This document shows, in pieces, positions 1 to 11,354 of a DNA stretch of 64,000 nucleotides. This DNA is from Clostridia bacterium (GTDB lineage: Bacteria > Bacillota > Clostridia > Christensenellales > CAG-917), in the NCBI GenBank assembly GCA_045613765.1, contig JAZLBO010000016.1, positions 40,265 through 104,264 on the forward strand. Reading direction: 5' to 3'. The position numbers and the translations under genes are program-made. The stretch's first letter is position 1, and each line of letters begins with the position of its first letter. Under the pieces are notes generated by a model. It was not told the origin of the DNA, did no database searches, and was given only the letters and a program-made list of their open reading frames with translations.

Positions 1-360
1 GTATGTGCAGTGGGCAACAATGGGGAGGGTAATGTCAAATCTCCTGCAATCAGTGATGAAGTCATATCGGTTGGCGCAGTTGATGACGAGTATATGCAAG
101 CCAAGTTTTCTTCATTTGGCACGTATCACGGCATATATCGTCCTGACGTCTATGCAAGGGGTGTGCGAGTGAAAGGTGTTGACGCCTACGGCACATATTC
201 ATATATGAGTGGCACGTCGGTGTCTGCGCCATACGTTGCAGGAGTATGTTTGCTTTTGCACCAAAAATACAAGCATCTCAATCCATACCAAGCCAAAAGA
301 TTGATTTTGTCCTTGACAAAGGATATAGACGGCAAAAAAGTCCTTGATATAAATATTTGA
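1..360 (+). CDS. S8 subtilisin-like serine peptidase, C-terminal part (truncated by window edge)
   Basis: Frame open from base 1 (VCAVGNNG); PDVYARG and catalytic-Ser motif SGTSVSAPYVAG. Confidence 0.85.
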   Translation, partial: VCAVGNNGEGNVKSPAISDEVISVGAVDDEYMQAKFSSFGTYHGIYRPDVYARGVRVKGVDAYGTYSYMSGTSVSAPYVAGVCLLLHQKYKHLNPYQAKRLILSLTKDIDGKKVLDINI

Positions 361-387
361 CACATATCAATTGACGATTTGCAAAAA

Positions 388-415
388 TAAAATCCACTTA
401 AAGTGGATTTTTTGT
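388..415. terminator. Bidirectional intrinsic terminator
   Basis: AAAATCCACT-TAA-AGTGGATTTT hairpin with T tract between convergent genes. Confidence 0.7.
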
Positions 416-459
416 TTTATTGTTCTGTCATGAATAAGGCTTTCATAGTTTGCCTTATT

Positions 460-1578
460 TTACAAAGAGTGTTTTTTTAGTTTTATGATATATCTTTCAA
501 CGGCGTCAAGGAGAGTGATCATATCTTTTTCGTTGTTGTCCACCCCAAAACTAACACGGACAGCCCCTTGACTTTCAGTGCCAAGGCGTTTGTGTATTAA
601 TGGTGCGCAATGAACGCCACCTCTTGTGGCAATATTCTTTTGGTCAAGATACGTGGCAACTGTCTGCGATTCAATCTCGCCAAGGTTGAAAGTGACAATG
701 CCAGACACAAATTCCTTGTTGTACACCGTTGCACCCATATTTGCCAAATTATATGCAGTTTCCTTTGCAAGTTTTTCAATATGTGAGCGTATTTCTCGCA
801 CGTGGTCAAAAGTCCAAATCGCACCTTCGCAAAAAGCACGAATACCACCCGAAAACATAGTGCCTGCTTCAAGGCCTTCGGGTATGGTTGTAGGTTGTAA
901 AGGACTGAAAGACTCTGTGCCTGTGCCACCATAAACCAAAGGTTTAAGTTGAATATCATCATTGAAAAGTAGCACCCCAACTCCTTGTACGCCGTGTAAA
1001 CCTTTGTGTCCGGGCAGTGCCAACATATCTGCCGACCGTCCGTCAACAGGCAAATATGGTACGCCTTGCGCTCCGTCAACAAGTATCTTGACATTGTGCC
1101 CAACAAGAGCCTTTTTCAACTGTTCAACATCCAAACTTGATCCAAGGACATTACTTACAAGGCTTACAACCACCAAGTCTGCGCCTTTGCAAGCGCTCAC
1201 AAGGTCGTCAAAGGGGATATAACCGTCTTTAACGGGAATTGTGAGCAAGTTTATTACCCCGCGGCGTTTCAATTCATACAAGGGCCGCAGAACGCTATTA
1301 TGCTCATTTTCTGTTGTCACAACGGTCATGCCGTCTTTGACAAAGCCGAAAATTGCCAAATTTAGAGCCTCAGTGCAACTTTTTGTAAAAACTGCATTGT
1401 CAAAAGAAAATACTTCTTTGAAGTATGACCGACTTCGTTCAACGGCAAGAGCAGTGGAAATTGATGCTCTATGGCCACTGCGCCCACCGTTTGCCGAGTT
1501 TTTGATGTCATCAACAAGAGCGTCAATGACACACTTTGGCTTAAATCGTGAAGTTGCTGCATTGTCAAGATATATCAT
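460..1578 (-). CDS. Cysteine desulfurase-like class V aminotransferase (PLP)
   Basis: MIYLDNAAT, EHNSV, DGAQ, PGHK(G) PLP lysine, RGGVHCA. Confidence 0.9.
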   Translation of the reverse strand: MIYLDNAATSRFKPKCVIDALVDDIKNSANGGRSGHRASISTALAVERSRSYFKEVFSFDNAVFTKSCTEALNLAIFGFVKDGMTVVTTENEHNSVLRPLYELKRRGVINLLTIPVKDGYIPFDDLVSACKGADLVVVSLVSNVLGSSLDVEQLKKALVGHNVKILVDGAQGVPYLPVDGRSADMLALPGHKGLHGVQGVGVLLFNDDIQLKPLVYGGTGTESFSPLQPTTIPEGLEAGTMFSGGIRAFCEGAIWTFDHVREIRSHIEKLAKETAYNLANMGATVYNKEFVSGIVTFNLGEIESQTVATYLDQKNIATRGGVHCAPLIHKRLGTESQGAVRVSFGVDNNEKDMITLLDAVERYIIKLKKHSL

Positions 1579-1719
1579 AGTGTACTATATGCGCACATGC
1601 CACCATATTGCAATGAGTATTGGGGATTATGTGATATAGGTCAAAATCACGCACAAAAATTGCAGAAAAATAATAGAGTAGAATAAGGGTACGGATACAT
1701 ATATTAGGAGTGGCAGATT

Positions 1720-1968
1720 ATGAGAGAGTTTTTTATTGTTTTCCGTTCCCGATCAGAAGCGGCACGCTACTATGAGCAACTTGCAACCTACAGAATACCA
1801 TCCACATTGATAAATACGCCATCTTCGGCATCAAGTGGATGTGGATTGTCGGTGAAGTGCCTTGTCCGCAACCTTCCTCAAGCCATGCAAATTCTCGAAA
1901 GGGGACGTTATAGTTCTATCGCAGGCAGATTTTATGTGGGCAAAGATGGAAAAAGCATCAAATTTTAA
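1720..1968 (+). CDS. DUF3343-like small protein
   Basis: SD AGGAG; F-x-S-x-S-E-A and TP...GCGLS pattern; adjacent to cysteine desulfurase. Confidence 0.7.
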   Translation: MREFFIVFRSRSEAARYYEQLATYRIPSTLINTPSSASSGCGLSVKCLVRNLPQAMQILERGRYSSIAGRFYVGKDGKSIKF

Positions 1969-2036
1969 GGAACTTTGGCGTGGAGTTCCTTATTGCACTT
2001 GAAAAATGTCAATCAAAGTGCTATTATTTTATTACT

Positions 2037-2663
2037 ATGAAAAGAACAAACGAAGAAATTTACAATATTTTGTCCACACTTCACAGTGATGCACAGTGCG
2101 AACTGAATTTTACAACGCCATTTGAACTTCTTGTGGCAGTGATTTTGTCTGCACAATGCACCGACAAAAGAGTGAATATCGTCACTGAACAACTTTTCAA
2201 AATTGCATCCACCCCCAAGGACTTTGTTGATATGCCAATCACGGAACTTGAGGAACATATCAAACCTTGTGGATTTTATCATAACAAAGCCAAATCATTG
2301 AAGGAAATGGCGTCTTCAGTTTTGGCACTTGGCAGAGTGCCAGACACTCGTGAAGAATTGATGAAACTCAGTGGAGTAGGGCGCAAAACTGCCAACGTTG
2401 TCAGCGCAGTTGCATTTGGCAAAAATGCAATCGCAGTGGACACTCACGTCTTTAGAGTTTCCAACCGGCTTGGCATTGCAGATGGCAATACTCCAGACAA
2501 AGTTGAGGAGCAACTTATGGCAGGATTTGATGAAGAAATTTGGTCAAAACTTCATCATTATCTCATCTTCCACGGAAGATATATGTGCAAGGCCCAAAAA
2601 CCAAATTGTGCCGATTGCCCCTTGAAAAACCACTGTAAGTACTATAAAAACAATAAAAATTGA
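2037..2663 (+). CDS. nth: Endonuclease III
   Basis: LVAVILSAQCTD, HhH GVGRKTANVV, VDTHVFR, C-x6-C-x2-C-x5-C Fe-S motif; start placed at ATG 2037 after TTGAAA-17-TATTAT promoter. Confidence 0.95.
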   Translation: MKRTNEEIYNILSTLHSDAQCELNFTTPFELLVAVILSAQCTDKRVNIVTEQLFKIASTPKDFVDMPITELEEHIKPCGFYHNKAKSLKEMASSVLALGRVPDTREELMKLSGVGRKTANVVSAVAFGKNAIAVDTHVFRVSNRLGIADGNTPDKVEEQLMAGFDEEIWSKLHHYLIFHGRYMCKAQKPNCADCPLKNHCKYYKNNKN

Positions 2664-2702
2664 GAATACTTTTACAAAAATAAACAGTTTTTAGAGCAAA
2701 CT

Positions 2703-3530
2703 ATGGCAGAAAAATTTGAAATTTTGGCAAAACGCAATTTGTGTGACAAAGTCAACGAATACGTCATATATGCACCTCTTGTTGCAAGGCATTGTAAGGC
2801 AGGACAATTTATAATCCTTCGTACAGATAGCCGTGGCGAGAGAGTGCCTTTTACCATTTGTGATTATTCACGTCAAGATGGCACAGTGTCAATTATGGTG
2901 CAAGAAATTGGCGCAACAACAATGCGCCTTGCCTCTATGAATGTGGGGGATTGTCTTCAAGATTTTGTTGGTCCACTTGGCAATCCAACTGACCTTGGAG
3001 AGTACAAAAATATCCTTCTTGTCGGCGGTGGAATTGGCTCTGCAGTCATCTATCCTCAAGCCAAACAATTGCGAGCAGAAGGCAAAGATTTTGACATAAT
3101 TTTGGGGGCAAGAAACAAGGATTTATTTTTCTATCTTGATGACTTCAAATCCTTTGCGCCCACACACATTGTCACAGACGACGGAAGCCTTGGAGAAAAG
3201 GGTTTTGTCACTGACAAAATTGCAAATCTCATTGAAAATGGCAGAAAGTTTGACGTGATTTTCTCTGTTGGTCCACTTCCTATGATGAAATTTGTCACTG
3301 CACTTGCCACTAAATACGGTATAAAGTCAGTTGTCAGCATGAATTCACTTATGGTTGACGGCACAGGTATGTGTGGCTGTTGCAGATTGACAGTTGACGG
3401 CAAGGTCAAATATGCATGTATAGACGGCCCAGAATTTGACGGAGCAAGTGTAGATTTTGACGAGGCAATTTTGCGCTCATCAACATACAGAGATGCAGAA
3501 AAAAATCACGTCTGCAACATAAGGGGGTAG
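2703..3530 (+). CDS. Sulfide/dihydroorotate dehydrogenase-like FAD/NAD-binding subunit (NfnA-type)
   Basis: GQFIILR, ERVPFTI, GPLG, MVDGTGMCGCCR, ACIDGPEF. Confidence 0.9.
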   Translation: MAEKFEILAKRNLCDKVNEYVIYAPLVARHCKAGQFIILRTDSRGERVPFTICDYSRQDGTVSIMVQEIGATTMRLASMNVGDCLQDFVGPLGNPTDLGEYKNILLVGGGIGSAVIYPQAKQLRAEGKDFDIILGARNKDLFFYLDDFKSFAPTHIVTDDGSLGEKGFVTDKIANLIENGRKFDVIFSVGPLPMMKFVTALATKYGIKSVVSMNSLMVDGTGMCGCCRLTVDGKVKYACIDGPEFDGASVDFDEAILRSSTYRDAEKNHVCNIRG

Positions 3531-3531
3531 T

Positions 3532-4899
3532 ATGGATAGAATAAAAATGCCCACACAACTTCCAGAAGAAAGAATTTGCAACTTCAAAGAAGTTGCACTT
3601 GGCTTTACAGAAACTCTTGCAATAGATGAGGCAACTCGTTGTCTTAATTGCAAAACTGCTCCTTGCACCAAAGGTTGTCCTGTTGGTGTTCAAATCCCTT
3701 TGTTTATATCAAAAGTCAAAGAAGGAGATTTTGAAGGTGCATACAAAGTCATTTCAATTGACAACAATCTTCCTGCAGTATGTGGCAGAGTTTGCCCCCA
3801 AGAAAACCAATGCGAAAAGCAATGTGTTAGACGTGAAAAACTTGGTGGATCTGTTGCCATTGGCAACCTTGAAAGATTTGTGGCAGATTACGCACTTAAA
3901 AAGGGTATAGATCCTGAAAAGCGTGATTCTAACCAATTCAAAGTTGCAGTTGTAGGCAGTGGCCCTGCAGGTCTTACTTGCGCAAGTGACCTTGCAAAAG
4001 CAGGTGTTGACGTGACTGTATATGAGGCACTTCACTCTGCAGGTGGTGTCCTTGTTTACGGCATACCCGAGTTTAGACTTCCAAAAGTACTTGTTGAAAA
4101 GGAAATTGAAAAGTTGACAAAACTTGGTGTCAAGATTGAAACAAACGTTGTCATTGGCAAGACGTTGTTCATTGATGAACTCCTTGAAGAAAATGATGCA
4201 GTTTTCATTGGCTCGGGTGCAGGACTTCCTATGTTCTTGGGTATCAAAGGTGAAAATCTCAATGGTGTTTATTCTGCCAACGAGTATTTGACCCGTGTCA
4301 ACCTTATGAAAGCCTACGAAAGCGACTCATCAACACCAATCTTGCGTGGCAAATCTGTTGTTGTAGTCGGTGCAGGCAACGTTGCAATGGATTCTGCAAG
4401 AACTGCACGCCGTATGGGTGCAGATGTGACAATCGTCTATAGACGAAGCAGAGCCGAAATGCCTGCAAGAGAAGAAGAAATCATCCACGCTGAAGAAGAA
4501 GGCGTCAAATTCAATCTTCTCACAAACCCCGTTGAAATATTGGGTACAGACGGCAAAGTTTCATCAATGAAACTTGTCAAGATGGAACTTGGAGAGCCTG
4601 ATGCAAGTGGTCGCAGACGCCCTATTGAAGTTGAGGGCAGTGAGCACACAATTCCTTGCGATCAAGTTATCGTAGCACTTGGCACATCTCCCAATCCTAT
4701 CATCAAAAATAGTATGCCCAACCTTGAACTCACTCAAAGGGGTACAATCAAAGCAGACGAAGACGGCAGAACGTCAATTCCACGCTTGTATGCAGGTGGA
4801 GATGCCACAACAGGCGCAGCAACTGTCATTATGGCAATGGGCGCAGGCAAAAAGTCTGCAAAAGCAATACTCAACCAATTGCAAATAGATGAAAAATAG
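3532..4899 (+). CDS. NADPH-dependent glutamate synthase small-chain-like / NfnB transhydrogenase subunit
   Basis: EATRCLNC..PC..GCP, CGRVCPQE.QCE, GSGPAG, GAGNVAMD; paired with NfnA-like gene. Confidence 0.9.
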   Translation: MDRIKMPTQLPEERICNFKEVALGFTETLAIDEATRCLNCKTAPCTKGCPVGVQIPLFISKVKEGDFEGAYKVISIDNNLPAVCGRVCPQENQCEKQCVRREKLGGSVAIGNLERFVADYALKKGIDPEKRDSNQFKVAVVGSGPAGLTCASDLAKAGVDVTVYEALHSAGGVLVYGIPEFRLPKVLVEKEIEKLTKLGVKIETNVVIGKTLFIDELLEENDAVFIGSGAGLPMFLGIKGENLNGVYSANEYLTRVNLMKAYESDSSTPILRGKSVVVVGAGNVAMDSARTARRMGADVTIVYRRSRAEMPAREEEIIHAEEEGVKFNLLTNPVEILGTDGKVSSMKLVKMELGEPDASGRRRPIEVEGSEHTIPCDQVIVALGTSPNPIIKNSMPNLELTQRGTIKADEDGRTSIPRLYAGGDATTGAATVIMAMGAGKKSAKAILNQLQIDEK

Positions 4900-6200
<1,301 letters not shown>

Positions 6201-6201
<1 letters not shown>

Positions 6202-6850
6202 AAACTGCGCTATTTAGCGCCTGACTTCGGCAGATGCACCCACACGATTCTCACGTACGACAAGTACGCTGCGACCCGTGTAGGTTTTTCTTTCTCGTCA
6301 TCCATCCAAATATCGCAGTTTTACACGTTTCTAAATTGGCAGAGAGCAAACATATACCATATAAATTTGCGCTATTTAGCGCCCGACTTTGTTAGATGTA
6401 CTCACACGATTCTCACATACGACGAGTACGCTGCGACCCGTGTGGGTTTTTCTTTCTCGTCATCCATCTAAATATCGCAGTTTTTACACGTTGTTGAATA
6501 AGTTTACAGTGAAATCAAACAAAATCTTGGCTATTTAGCGCCTGACTTTGGACGCGATTGACGGCAAAGCCGTAGCAATGCGCTATTCCGTCACTTCATT
6601 CCTTACAGATTCAAGTCCACTACGTCAGTACGCTGCGACCCGTGTGGGTTTTTCTTTCTCGTCATCCATCTAAATATCGCAGTTTTACACGTTTCTAAAT
6701 CGGCAGAGAGCAAACATATACCATATAAATTTGCGCTATTTAGCGCCCGACTTTGTTAGATGCAACTCACACGATTCTCACGTACGTCAGTACGCTGCGA
6801 CCCGTGTTGGTTTTTCTTTCTCGTCATCCATCAAAATAATCGCAGTTTTT
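6201..6850. repeat. Array of four ~122-bp palindromic repeat units (approx. 6201-6322, 6363-6485, 6521-6686, 6727-6850) with ~35-40-bp spacers
   Basis: Units share GCTATTTAGCGCC(C/T)GACTT...AGTACGCTGCGACCCGTGT..GTTTTTCTTTCTCGTCATCCATC..AATATCGCAGTTTT; ends are inverted repeats. Confidence 0.95.
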
Positions 6851-6913
6851 CGCAATACTTTTATCAAAGGATTTATATTAAATAATTTTCAAAATTTAAC
6901 CAATTTTCTATAA

Positions 6914-6947
6914 TAAAAAAACCACACTCTGTGTGGTTTTTATTTTT
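6914..6947. terminator. Bidirectional intrinsic terminator
   Basis: AAAAACCACAC-TCT-GTGTGGTTTTT. Confidence 0.75.
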
Positions 6948-6951
6948 GCGT

Positions 6952-8400
6952 TTAGTTGGCGAGTTGTTCGTTTTCTATAGGTTGATTTTGCTCATTGTCA
7001 ACTTGATCTTCTTCAACCGTGGTGTCCTCGTTGCTTTCTGCAAGGGACTCTTTTATTTCTTCCAGTAGCATTTGTTTCTTTGTGCGCTTTCTAAACACTG
7101 CATAGATGCTGATTGCAATGATGAAGACAACTGCTTCTGTAACCACGTATGAGATCCACACGCCGGGCATTTCCAAAAGGAAAGAGAACAGATATACAAA
7201 AGGTATGATAAGGATCAATCCTTTGAGCAGTGTAATAATTTGTGAAGGCAATGGTTTTTCGATTGCCGCAAAATAACTTGAGAAGATGGCGTTGAAACTT
7301 GCAAAGATAGAGCCTGCAAAATAGATGATCAAGCCAAGTTCTGCAATGCGAGCGAGTTCTGCGATATTTTCACTGTTGAACACTGCAGTGATTTGCTTAT
7401 TTAGGCAAGCAATAAGGATATAGATAAGGATAGATGCCACGCCACCTGTTGTGAGAGAATATCTCAAAAGGGTGTCTTTTGCTTTCAAATCCTTTCTTCC
7501 GTGTGCTTGACTGACCAATGGTTGTGCGCCACTTGCAACGCCTGTGTACATAGAAAGGACAACGAAGGCGATATTTGCCACAATGCCGTATGCCGACACA
7601 CCAATGTTGCCTGCAAGGGACATAATGATGGCGTTGAAGACTATGACAACAAATCCACCCGAGAACTCTGTCACGAGAGAAGGCAAGCCCAATGCAGAAA
7701 TCAAAAGGGCAGTCTTTGCTTTGATTTTGCTCTTTTCAAGTTTGACGGCATTTTTCTTTAGTATCCAATGGAAAGAAAGGATGATCAAACCAAGGACGGG
7801 AGAAACGCCTGTTGCCAAAACTGCGCCAAGCATACCCATGTTCAAGGGGTAGATGAGAATATAGTCAAAGACTATATTGAAAAGACTGCTTATGAGTGTT
7901 GCAAGCATAGAAAGACGGGGATTGCCGTCATTTCGTACAAAGCAAGCGATTGTCGTTTGGAAAATAAATGCAGGGGCAAAGAAAAGGACAATCTGCAAAT
8001 ACAAGCGTGTCATTTCAAAGACGTCGCTATCCTTTGCGCCAAGCAATATTGCAAGGGGCTTTGATGCAAATGCACCAAGCAACACAAATATTGCAGAGAA
8101 GATTGTGCCAAGAAGAAGGGATGTGGCAAAAATATTGTTGGCTTCTTTTTGTTCGCCTGCAGCCTTTGCCACTGCGTACTTTATGCCCCCACCAACGCCA
8201 AAGAGCATTGCAATACCTTGTATAAAACTGAACACAGGCACTGCAAGATTGAGAGCAGTAAGCCCCAGTGCGCCCACACCATTTGAAACAAAAAACGTGT
8301 CTGCCAAAACATAGCAAGAAATACCCAACATACCAAGCACGTTGAGTGAAACATATTTTGCAAATGGTTTGAGATAAGGACGATTCTTCTTCATAGTCAT
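6952..8400 (-). CDS. MATE family efflux transporter
   Basis: ~12 hydrophobic segments, DTFFV..G.G..GLTALN, RNDGNP, LGAVLAT; acidic C tail; start uncertain (8394/8400). Confidence 0.9.
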   Translation of the reverse strand: MTMKKNRPYLKPFAKYVSLNVLGMLGISCYVLADTFFVSNGVGALGLTALNLAVPVFSFIQGIAMLFGVGGGIKYAVAKAAGEQKEANNIFATSLLLGTIFSAIFVLLGAFASKPLAILLGAKDSDVFEMTRLYLQIVLFFAPAFIFQTTIACFVRNDGNPRLSMLATLISSLFNIVFDYILIYPLNMGMLGAVLATGVSPVLGLIILSFHWILKKNAVKLEKSKIKAKTALLISALGLPSLVTEFSGGFVVIVFNAIIMSLAGNIGVSAYGIVANIAFVVLSMYTGVASGAQPLVSQAHGRKDLKAKDTLLRYSLTTGGVASILIYILIACLNKQITAVFNSENIAELARIAELGLIIYFAGSIFASFNAIFSSYFAAIEKPLPSQIITLLKGLILIIPFVYLFSFLLEMPGVWISYVVTEAVVFIIAISIYAVFRKRTKKQMLLEEIKESLAESNEDTTVEEDQVDNEQNQPIENEQLAN

Positions 8401-8549
8401 AAAAAAGGCACTATGCTCACAATATGCCGAGTCAGTGCCAAATTTCACCATCTGGTGAAAAAGATATTATATTTTGCATAATGGATAGTACACTTTTTGT
8501 TTGATAAAGTCAAGCAAAAGCCCAACCCAACTGCAAATACGTCAAAATT

Positions 8550-9224
8550 TTACAAGATCTTTTTGATTTCATCAAGTTTCTTTACAGTGTATGAAGACGT
8601 GATGCCTTGTGGCAAACTTTCGCCACGTCTGTCAAGCCAAATGGTCTTGATGCCGTATGTTTCCCCACCTTTGATGTCTGCAGTAGGGGAGTCGCCAATG
8701 AGCATAACTTCATCTTTTGACACGGTTAGATTGCTGAAACAGTAGTCAAAGAACTCTTTGCTTGGTTTTTCTGCGCCAACTTTTTCGGATATAAAATAAC
8801 CGTCAAAATACTTGTCAAATCCTGCATTTTTAAGCCTTGAAATCTGTTGATCGTATGTGGCGTTGCTTGTTGCATAGATTTTGTATTTTTGTGACAAATA
8901 TTGAAGCAGATCTTCTGCACCATCAATGGTCACTGCATACTTGTGGAGATAGTGTTTGAAACGGTTTTCCATATCTATGCCGTCATACTTGATGCCTATG
9001 CCTGCAAGAACGGTTGCCCAACGAATTTTGAAAAGTTGTTCCTTTGTGATGATTTTCTTTTCAAGACAGTGCCAAAGTGAGAGATTTATTCTCTCAAAAG
9101 TGGCAAACATATCATCATCAAAAGGCAAGTCACAATCTTCAAAAGCAGACTTCATAGACAAGTATGCGCACCTGTCAAAATCTAAAAGAGTATTGTCAAT
9201 GTCAATGAATATTGTTGTTGTCAT
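8550..9224 (-). CDS. HAD hydrolase, YjjG-like noncanonical pyrimidine nucleotidase
   Basis: FIDIDNTLLDF, TSN, EKP, IGDSPTADI. Confidence 0.9.
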   Translation of the reverse strand: MTTTIFIDIDNTLLDFDRCAYLSMKSAFEDCDLPFDDDMFATFERINLSLWHCLEKKIITKEQLFKIRWATVLAGIGIKYDGIDMENRFKHYLHKYAVTIDGAEDLLQYLSQKYKIYATSNATYDQQISRLKNAGFDKYFDGYFISEKVGAEKPSKEFFDYCFSNLTVSKDEVMLIGDSPTADIKGGETYGIKTIWLDRRGESLPQGITSSYTVKKLDEIKKIL

Positions 9225-9511
9225 AATCCACATTTCCAAATTTATTGCATAAATTATACCACAATTATTCAAGATAGTAAACCTTGAAAATGCATTTCTC
9301 GTCTTTTGTCAAAATCAGTTTAATCTGGCAATTTCACAAATTTTATATGTAACGTTTGTTGAACGGTCAAAACTTTGTGTCCCAATAACACTTAAACTCT
9401 TGAAATATCCATGCATTTAGTGTATAATGTCTTAAATCGCAGGATTTAATGAAATAAATCCTATACTTGAAAGGTAAATCATCATCAAGTATGTATGCGT
9501 GGAGGCAAAGG

Positions 9512-10297
9512 TTGGAAAATAAGTCAATAGGCAAATTTATATCCACATTGAGAAAGGCAAGTGGTATGACACAAAAGGATCTTGGGGACAAACTTTTTGT
9601 TTCTGACAAGACCATAAGCAGGTGGGAGAGAGAAGATTCTGCACCTGAAATATCGCTGTTGCCTGCAATCGCTGAAGTGTTTGGAATAACCGTAGATGAA
9701 CTTCTTCATGGCGAGCGCAACATCTTTGATGTTGAAGAAAAGGTTGAAGCAATTGAACCCAAGGAAGAAATCAAACCTCAAATCAAATCAAAGACAAGTG
9801 CCGTCAACAAGCCTTTGCTCATCAAACTCCTTGCAATCTTTGGATGTATTTTGATTTTGCTCAGTGTTGGACTTGCTGTTGTCAACAATGTTGAGTTTAC
9901 AACCAACGAAAGATACAGCACTTTTGCCGATCTTAAACAAACCGTTGAAGACGACTACGATCAATGGGTTGAAACAAATTACGGCTCTGCCAATGTTGAA
10001 CTCAATAACATAAATAGGGAATATAAAGTCCAAGAAACAATCTACATACCCACTGCAACCCAAGGGGAACAATATATTGAGTATTACTATCACAAGGACC
10101 ATTATAAAAAAGTCTATATCGTCAGAGAAGATAAAACGTACGAGTATATAGCAGTCCGTGTGGGCAGTGACGGAGTCAAGTCGGCAAACATAGCACTCTG
10201 GACACTCCTCGGCATTAGTGTTATCCTTCCTGTCGTGTTGTACTTCGTCTTGGCAAACAAAAAGAAACCTACAACCGATCCCAATCCAGAAAACTAA
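9512..10297 (+). CDS. XRE-family HTH regulator with two C-terminal membrane segments
   Basis: GGAGG SD then TTG; IGKFISTLRK..GMTQKDL...VSDKTISRWE; two hydrophobic stretches. Confidence 0.85.
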   Translation: MENKSIGKFISTLRKASGMTQKDLGDKLFVSDKTISRWEREDSAPEISLLPAIAEVFGITVDELLHGERNIFDVEEKVEAIEPKEEIKPQIKSKTSAVNKPLLIKLLAIFGCILILLSVGLAVVNNVEFTTNERYSTFADLKQTVEDDYDQWVETNYGSANVELNNINREYKVQETIYIPTATQGEQYIEYYYHKDHYKKVYIVREDKTYEYIAVRVGSDGVKSANIALWTLLGISVILPVVLYFVLANKKKPTTDPNPEN

Positions 10298-10332
10298 TCC
10301 AACAAACAAATATAACCTAATACATCAACCCC

Positions 10333-10360
10333 AAGCCCTTGCACTCAAGGGCTTTTTTAT
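10333..10360 (+). terminator. Intrinsic terminator
   Basis: AAGCCCTTG-CACT-CAAGGGCTTTTTT. Confidence 0.75.
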
Positions 10361-10380
10361 TTCTCATATTCAAATTAGAT

Positions 10381-10428
10381 AGCACAAAGTCCCAAGAAAA
10401 AGAAAAACACCGAGAAACTCGGTGCTTT
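10381..10428 (-). repeat. Distal partial copy of the tRNA-Leu-linked repeat (terminator + GGGACTTTGTGCT)
   Basis: AGCACAAAGTCCCAAGAAAAAGAAAAACACCGAGAAACTCGGTGCTTT nearly matches 11560-11608. Confidence 0.85.
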
Positions 10429-10513
10429 GAATGTAAATACCTATTTTGATACAATTTGCGTACAGTTTACCTCAAATGCGTACAATTAAACTCACCGATA
10501 AATTGGAATTTGA

Positions 10514-11167
10514 TTATCTTTTCTTATAAATCACGAGCTCGGGGTTCTCACCGTTTTCCTCATACGTGCATACGAGAAGGAAATCCATGTTGGCGACAAT
10601 TCCATAGCATTTTGGTTCTCCCTCGAGCTGACTGCCAAGATAGGTCTGCTTATCGTCAAGGAATTTTACTTTTTCTCCGTTTGGAAGTGTGTATTCCATA
10701 TTGACAAATTCACCGGGCAGCACGTTTAAATTCTCTACTTTCGGCAATCCCTCGATATGCAAAAGTGTGTTGAATTCGTTTACCAGCTGCTCTTTGAATT
10801 CTTCGAGCTTTTCTTTTCCACCGATTTCGGCATATCGCTTCCAAATATCGAGAGTGTATTCACCGTCGGAATAGCACCATTTGCAGTATTCCTCATTGAA
10901 ATTGCCATCTGTTTCTTTACTGATATTACAGTCCTCAAGAGGCATACCACAACACTCACAAACAAGTTCTCTCGGAGATCCAAGGAGCGTGTTGATAGAC
11001 ACATTAAACAACTGTGAAAGAAGCTTGAGAGTATCTATGTTCGGTATAGTTTCTCCGTTTTCCCATCGAGACACTGCCTGCCTTGTCACGAATATCTTTT
11101 CTGCAAGTTCCTCTTGTGAGAGTCCTTTTTTCGTTCTTAATTCGTAGAGTATATCTTTCGTTTCCAT
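10514..11167 (-). CDS. XRE-family HTH regulator with zinc-ribbon domain
   Basis: LRTKKGLSQEELA..VTRQAVSRWENG; CECCGMPL...YCKWC. Confidence 0.9.
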   Translation of the reverse strand: METKDILYELRTKKGLSQEELAEKIFVTRQAVSRWENGETIPNIDTLKLLSQLFNVSINTLLGSPRELVCECCGMPLEDCNISKETDGNFNEEYCKWCYSDGEYTLDIWKRYAEIGGKEKLEEFKEQLVNEFNTLLHIEGLPKVENLNVLPGEFVNMEYTLPNGEKVKFLDDKQTYLGSQLEGEPKCYGIVANMDFLLVCTYEENGENPELVIYKKR

Positions 11168-11224
11168 AAAATCACCGCCTTATATTTTATGGTTATAATT
11201 TAACATAGGAGGTCGTAGTTGACA

Positions 11225-11241
11225 AGCAACTCGCCGTTGCT
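11225..11241. promoter_or_regulatory. Palindromic operator next to the -35 of the XRE/zinc-ribbon gene
   Basis: AGCAAC-TCGCC-GTTGCT immediately upstream of TTGTCA (minus strand). Confidence 0.5.
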
Positions 11242-11354
11242 ATCTGATTATCAAATCCTTATTTATGTTCGTTTTATTAAAGCATAAAAATCACATTTTC
11301 CCACGCGTTCACCTACTGTATAACCAAAAACTTTTGTTCCGTGGATACACCTAA

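Larger units (their letters stand above)
10498..11266. mobile_element. Putative non-autonomous one-gene cassette bounded by 21-bp imperfect inverted repeats
   Basis: ATAAATTGGAATTTGATTATC (10498-10518) vs reverse complement of 11246-11266 ATAAATAAGGATTTGATAATC, 17/21; five AGCT sites inside a genome that avoids AGCT. Confidence 0.5.

Noticed and set aside
6731..6913. 60-aa ORF
   Set aside because: Translation of the palindromic repeat; no SD or protein motif.
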